Position numbers and translations under genes: made by a program
The notes under the pieces: model-generated
Told to the model about the DNA's origin: nothing
Database searches by the model: none
Seen by the model: only the letters and a program-made list of their open reading frames with translations
Assembly (NCBI GenBank): GCA_030704615.1
Contig: CM060731.1
Span: forward strand, 81,282,001-81,346,000
Direction: 5' to 3'
DNA length: 64,000 bases
From: Takakia lepidozioides
Lineage: Eukaryota; Plantae; Bryophyta
Shown here: positions 36,990 to 49,884 of the stretch, in pieces
How the letters are laid out: every line of letters begins with the position of its first letter
Numbering within the stretch: position 1 is the stretch's first letter

Positions 36990-37715
36990 TGTCGCGCACC
37001 TCACTTCGGTAAGCTCCCCTTCAGGTCATAGTTGCTAGCTTGATGCGCGCGCCTAACTCCCAACCTGGCCGCCAGACCAACTTGGAGCTTCGGCTGCTCA
37101 CCGGGGCATAATGGTCCCCCTTTGAACTCCCAAAGAACCCTCCACCGATTTGGAACCAGCGGGAATTCCCTTTGGTAGTTGGCAGTCCGGAACAACTCCC
37201 CACTCTTTGGTCGCTTTCCGGCTCGCTCGCTTACTCACTAGTTTTTGGTCACCAACGGGCTTACACCATTCTCGGGGTTACTACTCCCTATATATACTTC
37301 TGTAGCTGTCCGCGGGGGTTTCACAACCAGCCATGCCATTTTATGGCGAACCACCACGAAAACCCTCGACTCCCGGTGATGAGTCGCGGTGAGTCTTGGC
37401 CCACTCACCACGGCCCCTATGGACCGTGATGAGTCCCAAGACTCCCCACGACTCCCACCACGAGGTCTCCGCCCCCATGGTGAGTCCTATGCCACCCCCA
37501 CTAAGTCCCGCTAAGCTACCACCACCCCTTGTGGAGCCACCCCCACCGCAACCCGGTGTGCGGGGCTCCACCTAGTGAGCGCCTCCGCCTCCTTGAGTGC
37601 CTTGGGCACTCAAGGGTGCTTCAACCCCCCATACCTATCGCTGCCGCTGCCCCCACCACAGGGGCAGCCCCTCATGTGTCCCGACCCCCTGCCCTCAAGG
37701 CAAAGGGCCGCGACA
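36990..37715 (-). repeat. 3' LTR
   Basis: TG...CA ends; near-identical to 45894-46619. Confidence 0.96.
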
Positions 37716-38621
37716 CACACCCCTACCAACAGGGAGTCGATGTCCTCATCGACTTGTCCATTTTGTAGAAACGAACATCCAAGTTGTGGCGTCCCACATG
37801 AAGGAGTTTGTTTCCGTACCTTGGCGTCCCAGGGCAAAGAACCAAACCCCACACTTGACTCTACTCTCTACTAGCTAGTTCGGCCGACTTCCTCCAAGTC
37901 CCGGCCAGGGGTGGAGCCTCTCAAGCTCCTCCCAGTGCACTCTTCTTGGCCTTCTTCAAGGTCAAGGAACAATCCTCCCCGAGGATCGAATCGCCTTACT
38001 GCAACAACATTGCTTGCGATCGCTCCTGATGCCGCTTTTGGCATCACTTTGCGCAAGGGTTCACCTCGAACCCCTTTTGACTAGGAAGATAACCTTGAAC
38101 CAACCGTGCGCCCCAATCACTACAATTGGGTCCGTCTTGGAATGCTGGCCTGAGGTACGGGAACACGTCGAAGCCGCACTACGACTTCGTCCCGAGGCTA
38201 CACGATTATAGTACGTGAATGGAAGTACATAGCTTCCGCGTTAGCCCGCACTACAAGGCAACCACCTCGGTAGCGCAGTTATAGTACGCGCACGCGCCAG
38301 GTGCGCACTAGCACGTGAACTCCCAAAGAAGGTGCATGTTTCCTTGCCCCTTGGATGGGAGTCACCCGATTTCGGCACTGCGCAAACACATGATTAACCC
38401 AATTTACCTCTCCCACTTTTGTAAGCTAGCATGCATTCTACACACTAGCCAACCACACCATGCATTACCATTCCAAACAAAATAGGACACACAACATTTG
38501 GAACCCATTTCCTTTATAACAAATTTTTGTACAATACAAGTTTTTGCAATCGGATTCTTGAGCTAGCTAAGCCGGGCTAAGCATGCATTTCCTCCCCCAC
38601 GCTCCAAGGTTGATGTCCCCA

Positions 38622-40920
38622 TCAACGCTTCTTCCGCTTTTGAGGTCGCCCTTCGAAAACTGCAACCGCCTCGGATGCGTTTCCCATTTCTGAGGCACGC
38701 ACCCAAGATGCCTCCACATGATGATAGCCCTTCCATTTGACGAGATACTCCGTTTCTCGGTTCTTGAACCTCCTCGACTTAAGTACTGCCTCCACCTCGT
38801 ACTCAGGTTCATTTTCATGATCCAACAGCACAGGTGGCGGACGCAACACTTGATGCCGATTCGGACGCGCTTCATCTTTGAAGTAAGGCTTCAAAAAGGA
38901 GACGTGAAATATTGGATGCACCTTGCTGTTTGCCGGCAGCTCCAATTCATACACATCCTCATTCATAACCTTCCGGATGCGAAAGGGTCCCGCATACGGA
39001 GGTACGAACTTTGGACTCACTTCCGGAGGTAGTCGGAAATTCTTGATGTTCAACCAGACCTCCGTGCCTGCCTCAAACTTCACTTCCTTCTGCTTCCGAT
39101 TCGCCTGCCTTTCATACCGTTTCATAGCTTTGGCAATGTTATACTTTGCGAGCTTCAACAAACGCTCGCGTTTTTCTAGTACCGCCGCTACTGCCGGTTC
39201 CTCAACGTCCTGGGCGGCCCAACTTGTCGGCACCAAAGGTGCTTTTCCATAGACCAATACAAAAGGGGAAACTCCCGTTGCGGAGTGTTCTGTGTTATTA
39301 TAATAGAACTCTGCCGCGTCTAAGTGTTCCACCCAGTCTGTTTGGTCTGCCGACACGTAATTCCACAAGATCTGCTTCACTACGGAATTCATTCTTTCTG
39401 TTTGGCCGTCGGTCGTAGGTCGGAAGGCAGTGCTCATCTTCAGCCTCGTCCCCATCTTCTTCCAAAGTGCCCTCCAAAATTTACTTGTAAACTTTGGATC
39501 GTGGTCCGAGACAATATCCTTTGGGACTCCATGATGCTTTAAGACGTGGGCGAAGTAAAGTCGCCCTGTTTCCTGCGCCGTTGCCGTCTCCTTGGTGGGG
39601 ATGAAATGACCCATTTTACTGAACCTATCCACCACCACCATGATTGCATCGAATCCTTTTGACAGCGGCATAGCAGTCATGAAATCCATCGAGACGCTTT
39701 CCCAAGTCCCTCTGGAATCGGCAAGGGTTGTAACAGCCCCGCTTGCTTTTTGTACTCGCTCCGGTTTTGTTGGCATGTGGTACATGTCTTGACATACTCC
39801 TCTGCCTCCTCCCTCAGTTTGGGCCAGAAATACTCTTTCTTCAAGAGTGTCGCAGTGCGCTTGGCTCCGCCGTGGCCCGCAAGCGAGCTATCATGGCATT
39901 CTCTCAAGAGGCTATCTCTGATTCCTCCCTTCGGCACGTAGAGACGCTTTTGCTTATACTGGAGCAGTCCATTTTGCAAGTGGAACTGCGATTTAACCCC
40001 CATCCTCAAGTCCTGCATCACGGACTTCGCCAGCTCATCCTTCCGGCAAGCCTTCCGGATCTTCCTTTGGAGCGCCGTCTCGCCCTTGTACACCAACAAG
40101 AGCTGCTGCTTTCTACTTAAAGCATCGGCTACCACGTTGTCTCGTCCCGGTTTGTACTGGATATCCACGTCGAACACTGCCAAAGTATCTTGTCACCTAA
40201 GTTGTTTTGGGGACAACTTGGGCTGCGTGGCAAAATACTTCACCATGACATTGTCCGTGAACACCTTCATTGGGTTGGAACCAACATAGTGGCGCCAAAG
40301 CTCAAGACAGTGCACCACCGCCTTCATCTCTTTCTCGTGCGTCGGCCACCGTCGCTCTACTTCATTCAGTTTCTTACTTTCGTAAGCCACTGGACGTCCA
40401 TCTTGCATCAGTACACCCCCAATCGCGAAGTCCGACGCATCTGTATGTATCTCGAATGGACGATCGAACTCTGGGATTTTCAAGACTGGAGCTTCCGCCA
40501 TCCGCTGCTTCAATTCAGCAAAAGCTTGGCCACACAAGGTGTTCCATACCCAGACTTTGGATTTACACAGAAGGTCTGACAACGGCCCCGCGATCTTGGC
40601 GAAATTTCTCACATACTTCCTGTAATAGGAGGCGAGTCCTAGGAAGGATCGCACTCCCGGGACCGAAGTCGGAGGCTCCCAGTCCAAGATCGCCCTCACC
40701 TTTCTGTCATCCATTTTGATCCCATCCTGTGTAATCACATGCCCCAGGAACTCCACTTTTGTGACCCCGAATTCGCACTTTGAAGCTTTGGCATACAGCT
40801 TCCCTTCCCGCAATTTTTGGAACACCCTTTTGAGGTGCTCCAGGTGCTCCTCCTTTGTTTTCGAATACACCAAGATGTCGTCGATATACACGATCACAAA
40901 GTCATCCAACCACTCCTGGA
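38622..40920 (-). pseudogene. pol: pol: RT C-terminal half, RNase H, integrase, canonical chromodomain (stop at ~40195, frameshift at ~39700)
   Basis: VYIDDILVYS; HTDASDFAIGGVL; HDSSLAGH..CTTC; SMDF, DGQTER, GPF; YEVEAVL...YLVKWKGY...SW. Confidence 0.93.
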
Positions 40921-43900
40921 ACTGAGGTCCTCTCTGCCCTTCCCTGAGCTTCACCTGAGCCCCCTTGTTGCCTTGAGCACGTTGAGGTAGTGGTTGGCTA
41001 GGAGCACCACTACCCCGTGGCGTCTCCTTAGCAAATCCCACCATGACCACTCGTTCCTCCACCATGTTGAGCTCTATCCGCTCTGCCAGCAAAAACACAT
41101 TTGCTAAGGTGGGTTGGGCCGCTTGTAGGAGAGTTGCATCCCGCACCCTTCTCCTCAGCTCCTTGCCAATATCCCATACCAGAATTGGACTGCCTGAGCT
41201 TCCGTAACCCCTTGGGTTACATTTATCAAGCGCCTCATGCGAGTGTAAGCCTCCCTCAAGCTCTCGGTCGGCTTCCGTTGGAACTCTTGCAAGCTCCGCA
41301 ACTTCTCTGTCCTCACCCCTTGGTGGTTCCCTCTCAACTCTTCGAAGAACTCCACAACAGGGTTGAAGGCAGGCACGGGTACTAGTGATGGTGCGGTAGT
41401 GGCTTGGGTGACGTCGTAGCTACTGTACCACCAGTCCCACTAGTCCCTCTGCTACTTGCTGAAGCTGCCGGTGCAGCGGCAGGTGCAGCCACTGCCCTCG
41501 TGGCTCTAGTGCCCCTAGTGATGGAGACATAGTCGGGTGACCAGTACATCCTCCACTCTTCGATCTCAACCTCATGCCCCCGCCTGAACTCATGGTAATC
41601 ATCCATAGGCGGCCCCTCAAGGTGCTGAAACAGCCCCTACCATGCCATGAAAGGCGTAAATAGTTGTGGATTGCGCATTTGCTGCAAATCACACCAACTA
41701 TCAAACTCTTGGATAAAATCATCCAACTCGATGGTGCCCACTGCCCCAGAGTACCTTCGTGGCCCCTTGGTAGCTCCATACATCTCCTCCATTGTGTCCC
41801 ACAACAATGGCAAAGAAACAACTTGCACCGCCGGTATGAGTCCTCCTGATTCACAATCCGAATCAGAACCTTCCGTGGAAGACACAGGAGGTGAAGGTGG
41901 CCTAAACCGCACACCTCGTCTCGTGTACCCACTAGTATTGCTAGTGCTCGAACCGGCACTGTCCCCAGCAACTAGTGGCACCTCCGTGTTGACACTCAAC
42001 CGGTCATGAACATGTCCCTAACCCCCTCTCCACAAGGTAACCGGGTAGAGAACCTGTTGCGGCTTATGGTTTGGAATACTAAGTTCCTAACATAGCCTAC
42101 ACCTGTACTTGCATCCACCGCAAGCACTCCTATGGTTGGCTGGTCATCACCTCCAACCTCACCACATGAGAAACAATGATGGTCTGGCTGGTCATCACCC
42201 CAGCCTCACCATCGACAGCATGCTCTAGGACTGGCCGGTGATCAAATCCGGACCAATCACCTATAAAAACAAGCGCCCACACAAAACTAGCATGGCGCAC
42301 AGTCAAGCATGCAGGTATGGAGGGGATCCAAACACAAGAAATCAGAACGACAACTCCCCCACACCAAAAACAACTCCACGGTGTTGCTCCTGCAAGGACA
42401 CCCCAGCCCAAACCCGGACTGACTTTTGCCTCCACCTACGGAAAGGTCTTGGCCTAATGAGAGGGTGGAAACTACGAGGAAGAGAAGCTAAAGCAATGCC
42501 TAACCCCAGCATGCCCTCATCCCAACACTCTTCCTCTCCTCTCTTCCCTCACTTGCATGACCATGGGAATATCATGAAGATACTCCTCAAACCGCCCTCC
42601 ACGAGCTTCAAAATTCGGCCTTCCAGACCACATGCCAGTCCTTAGGCAGTCCACCAGTGCCTCCATGAGTCAGCACAGGCCGTCCACAGGTCAGCACGGG
42701 CCACCACAGACCAGCACAGGCCCACACAGCTCACTGATCACAGCCGTCACAGTCCCACAGGCCACTGGGCACAGCCTGTCACAGCCCCTCATAGCCCGTC
42801 ACAGCTCCAAAGCCTCAGGCACGGCCCGTCACAGCCCGTCACAGCCCCAAAGGCCTCAGGCACGGCCTGTCACAGCCCCTCACAGCCCCTCACAGCCCGT
42901 CACAGCCTCAAAGGCCTCAGGCACGGCCCGTCACAGCCCGTCACAGCCCCAAAGGCCTCAGGCACGGCCTGTCACAGCCCCTCACAGCCCGTCACAGCCT
43001 CAAAGGCCTAAGGCACGGCCTGTCACAGCCCCTCACAGCCCATCACAGCCCAAAGGCCATGGGCACAGCCTGTCACAGCCCCTCACAGCCCGTCACAGCC
43101 TCAAAGGCCTCAGGCACGGCCTGTCACAGCCCCTCACAGCCCATCACAGCCCCAAAGGCCATGGGCACAGCCTGTCACAGCCCCGCACAGCCCGTCACAG
43201 CCCCATAGGCCACTGGGCACAGCCTGTCACAGCCCCTCACAGCCCCAAAGGCCACGGGCACAGCCTGTCACAGCCCCTCACAGCCCGTCACAGCCCCACA
43301 GGCCTCAGGCACGGCCTGACACAACCCCTCACAGCCCGTCACAGCCCCAAAGGCTTCAGGCACGGCCTGTCACAGCCCCTCACAGCCCATCACAGCCCCA
43401 AAGGCCATGGGCACAGCCCGTCACAGCCCGTCACAGCCCGTCACAGCCTCAAAGGCCTCAGGCACGGCCTGTCACAGCCCCTCACAGCCCCAAAGGCCAC
43501 GGGCACAGCCCGTCACAGCCCCACAGGCCTCAGGCACGGCCTGACACAGCCCCTCACAGCCCGTCACAGCCCCTCACAAACCCGTCACAGCCTCAAAGGC
43601 CTTAGGCACGGCCTGTCACAGCCCCTCACAGCCCATCACAGCCCCAAAGGCCATGGGCACAGCCCCTCACAGCCCCTCACAGCCTCAAAGGCCTCAGGCA
43701 CGGCCTGTCACAGCCCCTCACAACCCATCACAGCCCCAAAGGCCATGGGCACAGCCTGTCACAGCCCATCTCAGCCCCACAGGCCACTGGGCACAGCCAG
43801 TCACAGCCCCGCACAGCCCTCACAGCCCCACAGGCCACTGGGCACAGCCTGTCACAGCCCCGCACAGCACCACAGGCCACTGGGCACAGCCTGTCACAGC

Positions 43901-45842
43901 CCATCACAGCCCCACAGGCCTCAGGCACGGCCTGACACAGCCCCTCACAGCCCCTCACAGCCCCACATGCCTCAGGCACGGCCTGTCACAGCCCCTCACA
44001 GCCCCAAAGGCCATGGGCACAGCCTGTCACAGCCCCTCACAGCCTCAAAGGCCTTAGGCACGGCCTGTCACAGCCCCTCACAGCCCATCACAGCCCCATC
44101 CATGGCCGCTCTGGCAGTTTAGCCATTTCTCCAAGGGGTTTAGCCACGCCAAGCTAGGGTTTGTGTCTCTTGGACTCTAGGCTTCTTTCCACTGAGCTAT
44201 GGCGGCTGTGAGGAAATCAGCAAGGTATTCTTGCTCTTTTGGCTCCCACACACCACCATAGTAGCCCTAAGCCATGAGGTGGTTGCCACAAACCAAGCCT
44301 TCTTTCTCACTTAGCCTCCCCAAACACGCCACTAAACTCAATGCAACCAAGCCCTGCTGGTTCCCAGCCCTTGTGAGCACTCATTCAAGCACTCTCCTTG
44401 GCCATAGCATCTGTCTTAGAGCCTATTCCAGCCCCCTACACCTGCTACTTCAAGAGTTGCTCTCCCTTCAAGCTTGAAGTTGAAACCCCAACTCACATAG
44501 GCCCTACAAGTGCTTTTCTTTCACTCCAAGTGGAAACCAGCCCTAGACCTTCCGTTCTAGCTCTCTAAAGCTTGAAAACAAGAGCCTCAATGGGCTGAAG
44601 GCATGCTCCACACATGCCCCACTCTCACCATAAGAGAATCAGCTCCTTTGCTTCATTTCTTGCACCCACAAACCTGAAAATACAAGCTTCAGCAGGCTGA
44701 AAGCATGCTCCACATGCCCTACAGGGAAACCAGCCCCTTCCTTCCTTTCTTGCACTCCCACACCTGAAAGTGCAAGCCTTCACCAGGCTGATAGCATGCT
44801 CCACACATGCAACCTCTTCACACAAGAGATATCAGCCCCCTATCTTGGCTCCTTGGTTCCTTGATGCTCTCTAAGACAAGACTAAGCACTCCACAGCCTT
44901 TGCCAAGCTCCTGAAACCCTAAGGCTTACATTTCCAGCCACAAGACACTTTTCTTGTGGTGCAAGAACTCTTCTTCCAAGCTCTGAAACCCTAGGTGCAC
45001 ATTCCATGGCCTTGTCGCACCTCTTAGCTCCTGTTCCAGCCCTGCTCTCGCCATGACAAGAGCCCTCTCAATGCTGAAGCTCGAGATTGAAACCCAATCT
45101 CACCATACTCCACAAAGTGCACTGATTTGCCCCAAGCCAAATCAGCCCTTTCGCTTGGTCCTGCAATCCTTCACACAATGAAAGCTCGCATTCCCAAGTC
45201 CAGTTCTCAGCTTTGCCACCAAAACCACTATAACATGCTCTTGACTGGTCCTCTTCCCAATCGTGCTTGCTCATGCATGTACACAATCTGAAACCATCAA
45301 GGTGCTCTGGAATTACCTGCAGTATGGTGCTTTCATCTCTGAAGCTGAAGATCGAATGCCAAGGTTTACCACCTCGTAACCCACATCGCCTCCGCTTCTA
45401 ACAACCAAGAGTTCCACGGTGCTCCTTGCATAACAACTTGGTTTCTCTCATTCTCAAGCAAAAACCACAAGTGCTACAACTAACTCGTCTCTAGCACTCA
45501 TAGATACGAGCTGATCTTTCTCGAGTGATAAAGAAGAAGAATACAAGCACGAGCTCACAAATCTGAAGCATAAACTCATGCATATATAACATCATCACTC
45601 AAATACAAGTCAAGCCAAGTGCACCCCACGCCATGGGGAATCCACACTACGGCGCCATAGCTAGGCGCGGTGAGGCTCAACTCGAGAAAGATGAGCCTTC
45701 CGCGCTTGCCGTGAAGATAACCACTCCAGGGCCTAAATCTGCCTTGACCCCTGGATTGACACTTGGGCCAATCCCAAATGTCAATATGTAAAAGCTAGCT
45801 ATTTCCTAGCTAGTTTCACTCTAGTGGTAAAATAACTTGACA
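40921..45842 (-). mobile_element. gag: DNMT-family retroelement copy 2 (5' terminus, leader, gag N-terminal half) inside the chromovirus
   Basis: Ends in TTGACA at 45842. B segment 45526-45842. Gag (LLWDTMEEMYGATKGPRRYSGAVGTIELDDFIQEF) is highly similar to 1131-2570. Confidence 0.82.
42700..44100. repeat. GC-rich minisatellite built from (t)cacagccc(c/g) and aggcc...ggcac modules
   Basis: Continuous higher-order repeats of a ~10-bp core over ~1.4 kb. Confidence 0.95.
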
Positions 45843-45879
45843 AGGCCAATCCCAAGGACGATCACGTATTGAACTCTAA

Positions 45880-45891
45880 GCTCTGATACCA
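45880..45891 (-). promoter_or_regulatory. primer-binding site, initiator tRNA-Met
   Basis: TGGTATCAGAGC, 2 nt after the 5' LTR. Confidence 0.95.
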
Positions 45892-45893
45892 AG

Positions 45894-46619
45894 TATCGCG
45901 CACCTCACTTCGGTAAGCTCCCCTTCAGGTCATAGTTGCTAGCTTGATGCGCGCGCCTAACTCCCAACCTGGCCGCCGGACCAACTTGGAGCTTCGGCTG
46001 CTCATCGGGGCATAACGGTCCCCCTTTGAACTCCCAAAGAACCCTCCACCGATTTGGAACCAGCGGGAATTCCCTTTGGTAGTTGGCAGTCCGGAACAGC
46101 TCCCCACTCTTTGGTCGCTTTTCGGCTCGCTCGCTTACTCACTAGTTTTTGGTCACGAATGGGTTTGCACCGTTCTCGGGGTTACCACTCCCTATATATA
46201 CTTCTGTAGCTGTCCGCGGGGGTTTCACAACCAGCCATGCCATTTTATGGCGAACCACCACGAAAACCCTCGACTCCCGGTGATGAGTCGCGGTGAGTCT
46301 TGGCCCACTCACCGCGGCCCGTATGGACCGTGATGAGTCCCAAGACTCCCCACGACTCCCACCACGAGGTCTCCGCCCCCATGTTGAGTCCTATGCCACC
46401 CCCACTAAGTCCCGCTAAGCTACCACCACCCCTTGTGGAGCCACCCCCACCGCAACCCGGTGTGCGGGGCTCCACCTAGTGAGCGCCTCCGCCTCCTTGA
46501 GTGCCTTGGGCACTCAAGGGTGCTTCAGCCCCCCATACCTATTGCTGCCGCTGCCCCCACCACAGGGGCAGCCCCTCATGTGTCCCGACCCCTTGCCCTC
46601 AAGGCAAAGGACCGCGACA
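45894..46619 (-). repeat. 5' LTR
   Basis: Copy of 36990-37715, followed by the GTAGG TSD. Confidence 0.96.
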
Positions 46620-49600
46620 GTAGGAGACGCATCCTTTGGTTGCTAGATAGCAACCTCTTGGGCCTTGTCCGCCCACCCTGATTGTGGCGTAGCCTCCACT
46701 TGCTCCGCCATAGCCACCTTGAGAACATCTTCTGGGGAAGAAACATCGTTAACCTCTTCAAAAACCTTAGCCACCTTTGGCCTCCAACTGATCCTCAGTA
46801 TATGGCTCTCCCCACTCCTCATATTGCTGTTTGAGAGATCCAATAACTCTCTCTTTGCGCATCTCATCCCACATCTGCCATGGGTGTTTGCACCCCATGA
46901 TCTCGTGCTCGCCCCCACTCACTGCCTCCACCGTCCCGGTTGGCAGAGATGGTGCAATATCCAATGGGAGTGCGGAAGTAGCCACCAATGCTTGCAATCT
47001 CCGTTGCTCAGCCATACACAAGCCAATGACCCATTTCAAGCAATTGAGATCCATTGCCTGACCCAACACCTGACGTCATGATGCCTCTGATAGAGCTGGC
47101 ACAACTATAGTGCCCGTGGCAAATCCCATTGCCCACTCTCGCTCATCTGCATTGGGCTCAATCAATTGCTATAGCACACTGTCCCAAATCAACCTAGGAC
47201 CATTGTCTCAAAAAGCATGAGACGACGGAAAGCTCATGAGCGTAGGCAAGGCTGCACGTGGTTGCCCCACTCGATTGACCGCCGTCAAAGGTGAACGATC
47301 ATCATGTCGCACCATCTGTGGTTGCCTCCCTTGGTCCAAAATGCCCTCAATCGTGAGATTGGGTGGCCGTTGAATGGAATCATAGGCTCTCTTGAGCAAC
47401 TCTGGTGGTGCAAGATTGGTCCACCACAACCTAGGCCTATGTGCCTGTGAACCCACTGCAGCTGCATCCAACAATACAGCTAGTCCAATCCATGACCGGA
47501 TCTAATGTACACTGGCCATAACCCTGGCCCGAGAATCCCCCATGAGAGGAACATTCTCTAGGATGTAAGCTGGAGGTTGCACTTGCCTCACCTGCAAGTC
47601 ACGCAACACTCGCAACATCTCCCAAAACAGATGCGATCGTGCATCTTGCAAACCATTACCATGACCTGCGGGAGAATGTCCTTGGCAAGGCCACCCTCCG
47701 ATCACCAAGTCAATGGGATCATGCCGATCCAAATCCTCCGCCCTCAGCGAGGTAATGTCTACTGGCAAGGCCTTTTGGTACCCTTGAATTGTTGAGAGAG
47801 GCAACAACTCATGATACTGATGTGTGAGTAAGGCAACATGGCGCATGGAAACACGCTGAGCAGTCTCATCCTTCTCCACATACAAGTACTTGCGTACTTT
47901 GATCCCTGCTTGCAACACTCTTGCAAGCCCAGTGCTCATGCCTCCAAACATGTCTAGCAAACAAATCCCTGAATCAGGTGGTTGCCAGGTAATGGGCATT
48001 GTGTCCAAAGGAGCTAACTGAGCAGGTCCAGATGATGTCACTGAACTCCCCTCACTCACCAATGGATGGGCCTCCTGCCATGCTTGGTGCACACACTTGC
48101 ATGCTACTCGATGCAAATTCCCAACTGTACCCCACAGTGGAATATGAACAGGCACATAAGGAAGCAAATCAGCCTTATATGCCAATTGCTTGTCCTCATC
48201 AGGTGGTGGCCTATCATCTGCATGGCTATTGCCCTCCAAGAGCTCACCACCCCAAGCCACCACCCCTGAGAATGCAGCCAATGTGGGCATCATGTTCCTA
48301 TGATCCACCGCTACATTCCCAATAAACCGCACTGGGAGCAGTGCACGTCGATCATCCCCTGTCTGCCATTCCGGCCTGTAGGATGTCGTTTCCTCCCAAA
48401 AGTCCAAAGTAAAGCCCATGGGGTACAACATAGCCCCACCAGCAAGTACATCATATGACATCGCGTCCGTAACAATGGCTTTAGCTCTCATGACTGAGTC
48501 GTCCGTAGGATGATCCGACTGCAATCGAATGAAGAGCTCATGGCGTGTAATCCCTCGCGCCTTCTCTGAACCACCCAAAGATGTTTGAATTTGGAAAGGG
48601 CAAGGCTCCAAATCCGCCTCTGTAAGGCCCAAGCCTGCAATTGCTGCTCTTCCCAACATCAATGGTTGTGCTCCTGAGTCCAACAAGACCCGCAGTGGCC
48701 TATACCTTCTCCCGGTTGGGCCACCCAATTGAAACACTTCATCCTGATTGTCCACTAGGACTACCACAGGAGTCACCATGCTAGCTGGCAACTTCTGCAA
48801 CCTTGCAGCTGCCGCTTGCCATGGCGCAGCTGTGGCTGACTTCACCCTTGAATCCAAAGCATCCATAGACTGTACCTTATCTACTATCTCCGCAGATAGT
48901 GCCGATGCATCATCACTCTCACATAGTCTAGCTGCTAGTCTGAACACAGCAGCTGGCCGAATCCCCGGCATTGCAATGGTCATTGCAGAAAACAGTGGAG
49001 CTTGGCAAACCGTCGTAGCCGCCCTCAACAATGTACTGGCTGCACCTTGCTTTGCAGCACCACCCACTGGTATTTCCCGAACCACACCAACTCTCCCCAA
49101 TGGTATTCGTGGCTCTACCTCTGACACACTTTGGCGAGCGGGTGTCATTGATGGCGTAGGTGGCACTGTCTCAGCCAATGTAAAGGACTGTGGAAGCCTT
49201 GTCTGACGACTCGCTTCCCCCCTTTGTGGATCAAAATCCACATCCGCTCCTCTTGGCTCAGGAGCACGCGTTGCTGCTCGAGTGACAGCAACAGCAGAGT
49301 CCAATACATGCAATGGCCCTGCAAGTGCGGCTCCACACATGAAGCCCATACCAATCTGGTCTTCCTTAGGCATAGGAGGTTGTGCAGGTGAGGCTTGAAC
49401 CTCAAGCCTTGGAGCTGGCGCAACATGAGTAGTGGCCATAGCAGCAAGGCGTTGCTCTAGGTGGGCAAGTCTATCCACCATGCCTTGGTCATGACCTTGA
49501 CCTTGACCCTGTGCTCCTTGGTTTTGGTTAGACTTACACCCCGACCTCTGCCTCCTCTACCTTTCGGGACTACATTGCCTCGTCCTCGGCCACCATTGTT

Positions 49601-49884
49601 CCCTTGGAACTGGCCTAGCCATAGCTCAGGATGCAAGCCATAACAATGGGCCTCCTCATGCCCATACTTTCCACAATGCCCACACTGTAGTTGTGTAGGC
49701 TATGCCTGTGCCGACCCTTTGCCTCTCTCCGGGCAATCCTTCTTGACATGGGGTCCTCCACAATCCCAACAAGTCACACCCGACTGTTGTTGGCCTGAGA
49801 ATGAAGGAAGAGACCTCTGCATCTGAGATCCTCTCTGTCCTTCCCTCGGCTTCACCTGAGCCTCATTGTTGCCTTGAACACGTT
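46620..49884 (-). pseudogene. polyprotein: zinc knuckles - aspartic protease - C5 cytosine DNA methyltransferase (in-frame stops)
   Basis: LLDSGAQ (protease). DNMT motifs I LDMFGG, II YVEKD, III DI, IV GGWPCQG, VI ILENV, VIII AHRPRLWWTNL, IX ERE.AMGF and X LGQAMD, all in one frame. Confidence 0.93.

Larger units (their letters stand above)
36990..46619 (-). mobile_element. nested Ty3/gypsy chromovirus-type LTR retrotransposon (chimeric interior)
   Basis: 726-bp LTRs at 36990-37715 and 45894-46619. Perfect 5-bp TSD GTAGG. tRNA-iMet PBS TGGTATCAGAGC at 45880-45891. PPT-like GGTAGGGGTGTG at 37716-37727. Confidence 0.96.

Noticed and set aside
42632-44122. 496-aa ORF on + strand
   Set aside because: It is the translation of a stop-poor minisatellite, antisense to the element.
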